From IMG/VR virus record IMGVR_UViG_2706794675_000002: a stretch of 23,647 nt of DNA; one strand, 5' to 3'. Origin of the DNA: a virus (taxonomy: Duplodnaviria > Heunggongvirae > Uroviricota > Caudoviricetes). Every line of letters begins with the position of its first letter. The stretch's first letter is position 1. This document shows positions 19,016 to 23,647 of the stretch, in pieces. A model generated the notes under the pieces. That model was not told where the DNA came from. It searched no databases and saw nothing but the letters and a program-made list of their open reading frames with translations. Position numbers and translations under genes: made by a program.

Positions 19016-22000
19016 ATGGGTAAAGGCAGCAGTAAGGGGCATACCCCGCGCGAAGCGAAGGACAACCTGAAATCCACGCAGTTGCTGAGTGTGATTGATG
19101 CCATCAGCGAAGGGCCGGTTGACGGTCCGGTGGATGGATTAAAAAGCGTGCTGCTGAACGGTACGCCGGTCCTGGACAGCGAGGGGAAGACAAACCTTTN
19201 NNNNNNNNNNNNNNNNNNNNNNNNNNNNNNNNNNNNNNNNNNNNNNNNNNNNNNNNNNNNNNNNNNNNNNNNNNNNNNNNNNNNNNNNNNNNNNNNNNNN
19301 NNNNNNNNNNNNNNNNNNNNNNNNNNNNNNNNNNNNNNNNNNNNNNNNNNNNNNNNNNNNNNNNNNNNNNNNNNNNNNNNNNNNNNNNNNNNNNNNNNNN
19401 NNNNNNNNNNNNNNNNNNNNNNNNNNNNNNNNNNNNNNNNNNNNNNNNNNNNNNNNNNNNNNNNNNNNNNNNGGAAAAAGACATCACCATTAAGGGCAAA
19501 ACCACTTCGCAGTATCTGGCCTCGGTGGTGGTGGGTAACCTGCCGCCGCGCCCGTTTAATATCCGGATGCGCAGGATGACACCGGACAGCACCACAGACC
19601 AGCTGCAGAACAAAACGCTCTGGTCGTCGTACACCGAAATCATCGATGTGAAACAGTGCTACCCGAACACGGCGCTGGTCGGCGTGCAGGTGGATTCAGA
19701 GCAGTTCGGTAACCAGCAGGTGAGTCGCAATTATCATCTTCGCGGGCGCATTCTGCAGGTGCCGTCGAACTATAACCCGCAGACGCGGCAATACAGCGGT
19801 ATCTGGGACGGAACGCTTAAGCCAGCATACAGCAACAACATGGCCTGGTGTCTGTGGGACATGCTCACTCATCCGCGCTACGGCATGGGGAAACGTCTTG
19901 GTGCGGCAGATGTGGACAAATGGGCGCTGTATGTCATCGGCCAGTACTGCGACCAGTCAGTGACGGACGGATTTGGCGGCACGGAGCCGCGCATCACCTG
20001 TAACTCTTACCTGACCACACAGCGTAAGGCGTGGGATGTTCTCAGTGATTTCTGCTCGGCGATGCGCTGTATGCCGGTATGGAACGGACAGATGCTGACG
20101 TTCGTGCAGGACCGACCGTCGGATAAGGTGTGGACCTATAACCGCAGTAATGTGGTGATGCCGGACGATGGCGCGCCGTTCCGCTACAGCTTCAGCGCCC
20201 TGAAGGACCGCCATAATGCCGTTGAGGTGAACTGGATTGACCCAGATAACGGCTGGGAGACGGCGACAGAGCTTGTGGAGGATACGCAGGCCATTGCCCG
20301 TTACGGTCGTAATGTCACGAAGATGGATGCCTTTGGCTGTACCAGCCGGGGGCAGGCACACCGAGCCGGGCTGTGGCTGATTAAAACGGAACTGCTGGAA
20401 ACGCAGACCGTGGACTTCAGCGTGGNNNNNNNNNNNNNNNNNNNNNNNNNNNNNNNNNNNNNNNNNNNNNNNNNNNNNNNNNNNNNNNNNNNNNNNNNNN
20501 NNNNNNNNNNNNNNNNNNNNNNNNNNNNNNNNNNNNNNNNNNNNNNNNNNNNNNNNNNNNNNNNNNNNNNNNNNNNNNNNNNNNNNNNNNNNNNNNNNNN
20601 NNNNNNNNNNNNNNNNNNNNNNNNNNNNNNNNNNNNNNNNNNNNNNNNNNNNNNNNNNNNNNNNNNNNNNNNNNNNNNNNNNNNNNNNNNNNNNNNNNNA
20701 CGGCGTTGCAGAATACAGCGTGTGGGGGCTGAAGCTGCCGACGCTGCGCCAGCGTCTGTTCCGCTGCGTGAGTATCCGTGAGAACGACGACGGCACGTAT
20801 GCCATCACCGCCGTGCAGCATGTGCCGGAAAAAGAGGCCATCGTGGATAACGGGGCACACTTTGACGGTGACCGGCGCGGCACGGTGAATGGTGTCACGC
20901 CGCCAGCGGTGCAGCATCTGACCGCCGAAGTCACCGCAGACAGCGGGGAATATCAGGTGCTGGCGCGATGGGACACGCCGAAGGTGGTGAAGGGTGTGAG
21001 CTTCCTGCTTCGCCTGACCGTGGCAGCGGACGACGGCAGTGAGCGGCTGGTCAGCACAGCCAGGACGACGGAAACCACATACCGCTTCAGGCAGCTGGCG
21101 CTGGGGAATTACAGTCTGACAGTCCGGGCGGTAAATGCCCGGGGGCAGCAGGGCGATCCGGCGTCGGTATCGTTCCGGATTGCGGCACCGGCAGCGCCTG
21201 TCACTATTGAACTGATACCGGGGTATTTTCAGATAACGGCGGTCCCGAAACTGGCTGTATATGACCCGACGGTGCAGTTTGAGTTCTGGTTTTCGGAAAA
21301 GCGGATTGCGGATATCAGGCAGGTTGAAACCAGCGCCCGCTATCTTGGCACGGCGCTGTACTGGATAGCCGCCAGTATCAATATCAGGCCGGGCCATGAT
21401 TATTATTTTTACGTTCGCAGTGTGAACACCGTTGGCAAATCGGCATTTGTGGAGGCCATCGGTCGGGCGAGCGATGATGCAGAAGGTTATCTGAATTTTT
21501 ATAAAGGGTTGATCAATAAAACGCATCTCGGCAAGGAGTTGTGGACGCAGATTGATAACGGTCAGCTTGCGCCGGACCTGACTGAAATCAGGACGTCCAT
21601 TACGAATGTCAGCAATGAAATCACGCAAACCGTCAATAAAAAACTGGAAAATCAGAGTGCTGCAATCCAGCAGATACAGAAAGTTCAGGTTGATACAAAT
21701 AATAACCTGAACAGCATGTGGGCTGTGAAGCTGCAACAGATGAAGGACGGACGCCTTTATATTGCGGGTATCGGTGCCGGTATTGAGAATACGCCAGCAG
21801 GAATGCAGAGTCAGGTGCTGCTGGCGGCAGACAGGATTGCGATGATTAATCCTGCGAATGGCAACACAAAGCCGATGTTTGTTGGTCAGGGCGATCAGAT
21901 ATTCATGAACGACGTGTTCCTGAAATGCCTGACGGCTCCGACCATTACCAGCGGCGGTAATCCTCCGGCATTTTCCCTGACACCTGGCGGACGGCTGACG

Positions 22001-22528
22001 GCGAAAAATGCCGATATCAGCGGTAACGTGAACGCGAACTCCGGGACGCTCAACAACGTCACGATTAATAAGAACTGTCGGGTTCTGGGAAAATTGTCCG
22101 CGAACCAGATTGAAGGCGATCTCGTTAAAACAGTGGGCAAACCTTTCCCACGGGACTCCCGGGCACCGGAGAGGTGGCCATCAGGGACCATTACCGTCAG
22201 GGTTTATGACGATCAGCCGTTTGATCGGCAAATTGTTATTCCCGCGGTGGCGTTTCGCGGTGCTAAACATGAGCGGAAGAATAACAATATTTATTCGTCA
22301 TGCCGCCTGATAGTGAAGAAAAACGGTGCTGAAATTTATAACCGAACGACCCTGGATAATACGCTGATATATACGGGTGTTATTGATATGCCTGCCGGTC
22401 ACGGTCACATGACGCTGGAGTTTTCTGTATCGGCATGGCTGGTAAATGGCTGGTATCCCACAGCAAGTATCAGCGATTTGCTGGTTGTGGTGATGAAGAA
22501 AGCCACTGCAGGCATCACGATTAGCTGA
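19016..22528 (+). CDS. J: tail tip fibre / host specificity protein J, interrupted by two N-runs (19200..19472 and 20426..20699)
   Basis: Three ORF-track pieces (19016.., 19525..20781, 20720..22528) in different frames align in order with lambda gpJ: [34 protein letters not shown]...; ...[19 protein letters not shown]...[18 protein letters not shown]...ETQTVDFSV; ...[54 protein letters not shown]... The C-terminal ~350 aa are divergent from lambda J. Confidence 0.93.
19200..19472. other. run of 273 N inside J
   Basis: Literal n characters; the J reading frame is not preserved across it. Confidence 1.
20426..20699. other. run of 274 N inside J
   Basis: Literal n characters; the J reading frame is not preserved across it. 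Confidence 1.
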
Positions 22529-22546
22529 ATTTTATAACCCAGATAC

Positions 22547-22571
22547 GGGCACCAGAAATGGTGCCTTTTTT
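22547..22571 (+). terminator. rho-independent terminator after J
   Basis: gggcacc-agaaat-ggtgcc followed by tttttt, immediately 3' of the J stop. Confidence 0.7.
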
Positions 22572-22595
22572 ATTGCAGAAAAGCGAGAGGTAATT

Positions 22596-23195
22596 ATGCG
22601 TAAAGTTTGTGCAGCCATTTTGTCCGCAGCCATCTGTCTGGCCGTATCCGGTGCGCCTGCATGGGCGTCTGAACATCAGTCCACGCTGAGCGCCGGGTAT
22701 CTTCAGACCCATACTGATATGCCAGGCAGCGATGACCTGAAGGGCATTAACGTGAAATACCGTTATGAGTTTACGGACACGCTGGGGCTGATTACGTCAT
22801 TCAGTTATGCCAACGCTGAAGATGAGCAAAAAACGCATTACAGCGATACCCGCTGGCATGAGGATTCCGTGCGTAACCGCTGGTTCAGCGTGATGGCGGG
22901 GCCGTCTGTGCGCGTGAATGAATGGTTCAGCGCGTATGCGATGGCGGGCGTGGCTTACAGCCGTGTGTCGACCTTCTCCGGGGATTATCTCCGCGTAACT
23001 GACAACAAGGGGAAAACGCACGATGTGCTGACCGGAAGTGATGGCGGTCGCCACAGCAACACGTCTCTGGCGTGGGGGGCTGGCGTGCAGTTTAACCCGA
23101 CCGAATCCGTGGCCATTGACCTTGCTTATGAAGGTTCCGGCAGTGGTGACTGGCGCACTGACGGTTTCATCGTGGGTGTCGGTTATAAGTTCTGA
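22596..23195 (+). CDS. lom: Lom/Ail-family outer membrane beta-barrel protein (199 aa), lysogenic-conversion moron
   Basis: N-terminal signal peptide (MRKVCAAILSAAICLAVSGAPAWA) and a C-terminal ...GVGYKF aromatic terminus typical of OMP beta-barrels. Resembles lambda Lom and sits in the same position after J. GAGAGG SD before the ATG. Confidence 0.92.
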   Translation: MRKVCAAILSAAICLAVSGAPAWASEHQSTLSAGYLQTHTDMPGSDDLKGINVKYRYEFTDTLGLITSFSYANAEDEQKTHYSDTRWHEDSVRNRWFSVMAGPSVRVNEWFSAYAMAGVAYSRVSTFSGDYLRVTDNKGKTHDVLTGSDGGRHSNTSLAWGAGVQFNPTESVAIDLAYEGSGSGDWRTDGFIVGVGYKF

Positions 23196-23222
23196 TTAGC
23201 CAGGTAACACAGTGTTATGACT

Positions 23223-23247
23223 GCCCGCTGGTTCAGGCGGGCTTTTT
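23223..23247 (+). terminator. rho-independent terminator after lom
   Basis: gcccgc-tggttcag-gcgggc followed by ttttt. Confidence 0.7.
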
Positions 23248-23258
23248 GTGGGGTGAAT

Positions 23259-23585
23259 ATGGCAGTAAAGATTTCAGGTGTACTGAAAGATGGGGCGGGT
23301 AAACCTGTCGTAAATTGTGCGATTGAACTGCGGGCCAGAAGAACCAGTCCGACCGTTGTGGCACACGTTGTTGCCACTTGCGTGACGGACAATAACGGTG
23401 CTTATGTGATTGAGGCTGAGCCGGGGTATTACGAGGTTGCGCTTCACTGTAACGGCTGGCAGCCAACCCGTGTCGGGGATATTGATGTGGCACCGACTGA
23501 TGCACCGGGGACACTGAACGCGTTTCTGAATGCACCAAAGGATGGTGATTTACGTCCGGAGGTGATGAAGTGTCAGCGCCAGTGA
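23259..23585 (+). CDS. side tail fibre (Stf) N-terminal-domain-like protein, 108 aa, ending at an in-frame stop
   Basis: MAVKISGVLKDGAGKPVVNC...PGTLNAFL...RPEV... parallels the N-terminus of lambda Stf as recalled (MAVKISGVLKDGTGKPVQNC...PGTLNDFL...RPEV...), but stops after 108 codons. The ORF-track start at 23217 would read through the lom terminator hairpin, so ATG 23259 is preferred. Confidence 0.7.
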   Translation: MAVKISGVLKDGAGKPVVNCAIELRARRTSPTVVAHVVATCVTDNNGAYVIEAEPGYYEVALHCNGWQPTRVGDIDVAPTDAPGTLNAFLNAPKDGDLRPEVMKCQRQ

Positions 23586-23647
23586 TATAAGACGGTAATT
23601 CGCCATTTGGATTGTCCGCTCCACCCAACATGTTGTTTCCTTAAGGT

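Noticed and set aside
20417-21736. 439-aa minus-strand ORF inside J
   Set aside because: Antisense to J and partly made of the N-run translated as X; no independent support.

Overview
This window is the late (morphogenesis) arm of a lambda-like enterobacterial prophage, collinear with phage lambda from the cos site through nu1, A, W, B, C/nu3, D, E, FI, FII, Z, U, V, G/G-T, H, M, L, K, I, J and lom to the start of an stf-like gene. Gene calls rest on the supplied ORF translations compared with lambda proteins recalled from memory; no database search was run. Five runs of N (250-274 bp) interrupt the sequence. Two of them sit exactly where the tail-tip module restarts: after L and the K N-terminus comes a divergent tape-measure C-terminus with a second M-L-K-I set, then a third partial K plus full I before J. 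That looks more like scaffolding of similar prophage contigs than proven tandem duplication, but the sequence alone cannot decide. The most unusual region is the left end (246..947): an AT-rich leftward cassette of a ribbon-helix-helix protein followed by an unrecognised 136-aa protein, antisense to the late operon just upstream of cos. It is the best candidate for an undescribed accessory (moron) function, but nothing in the sequence establishes what it does. No tRNA, rRNA, CRISPR array, integrase or att site was seen.
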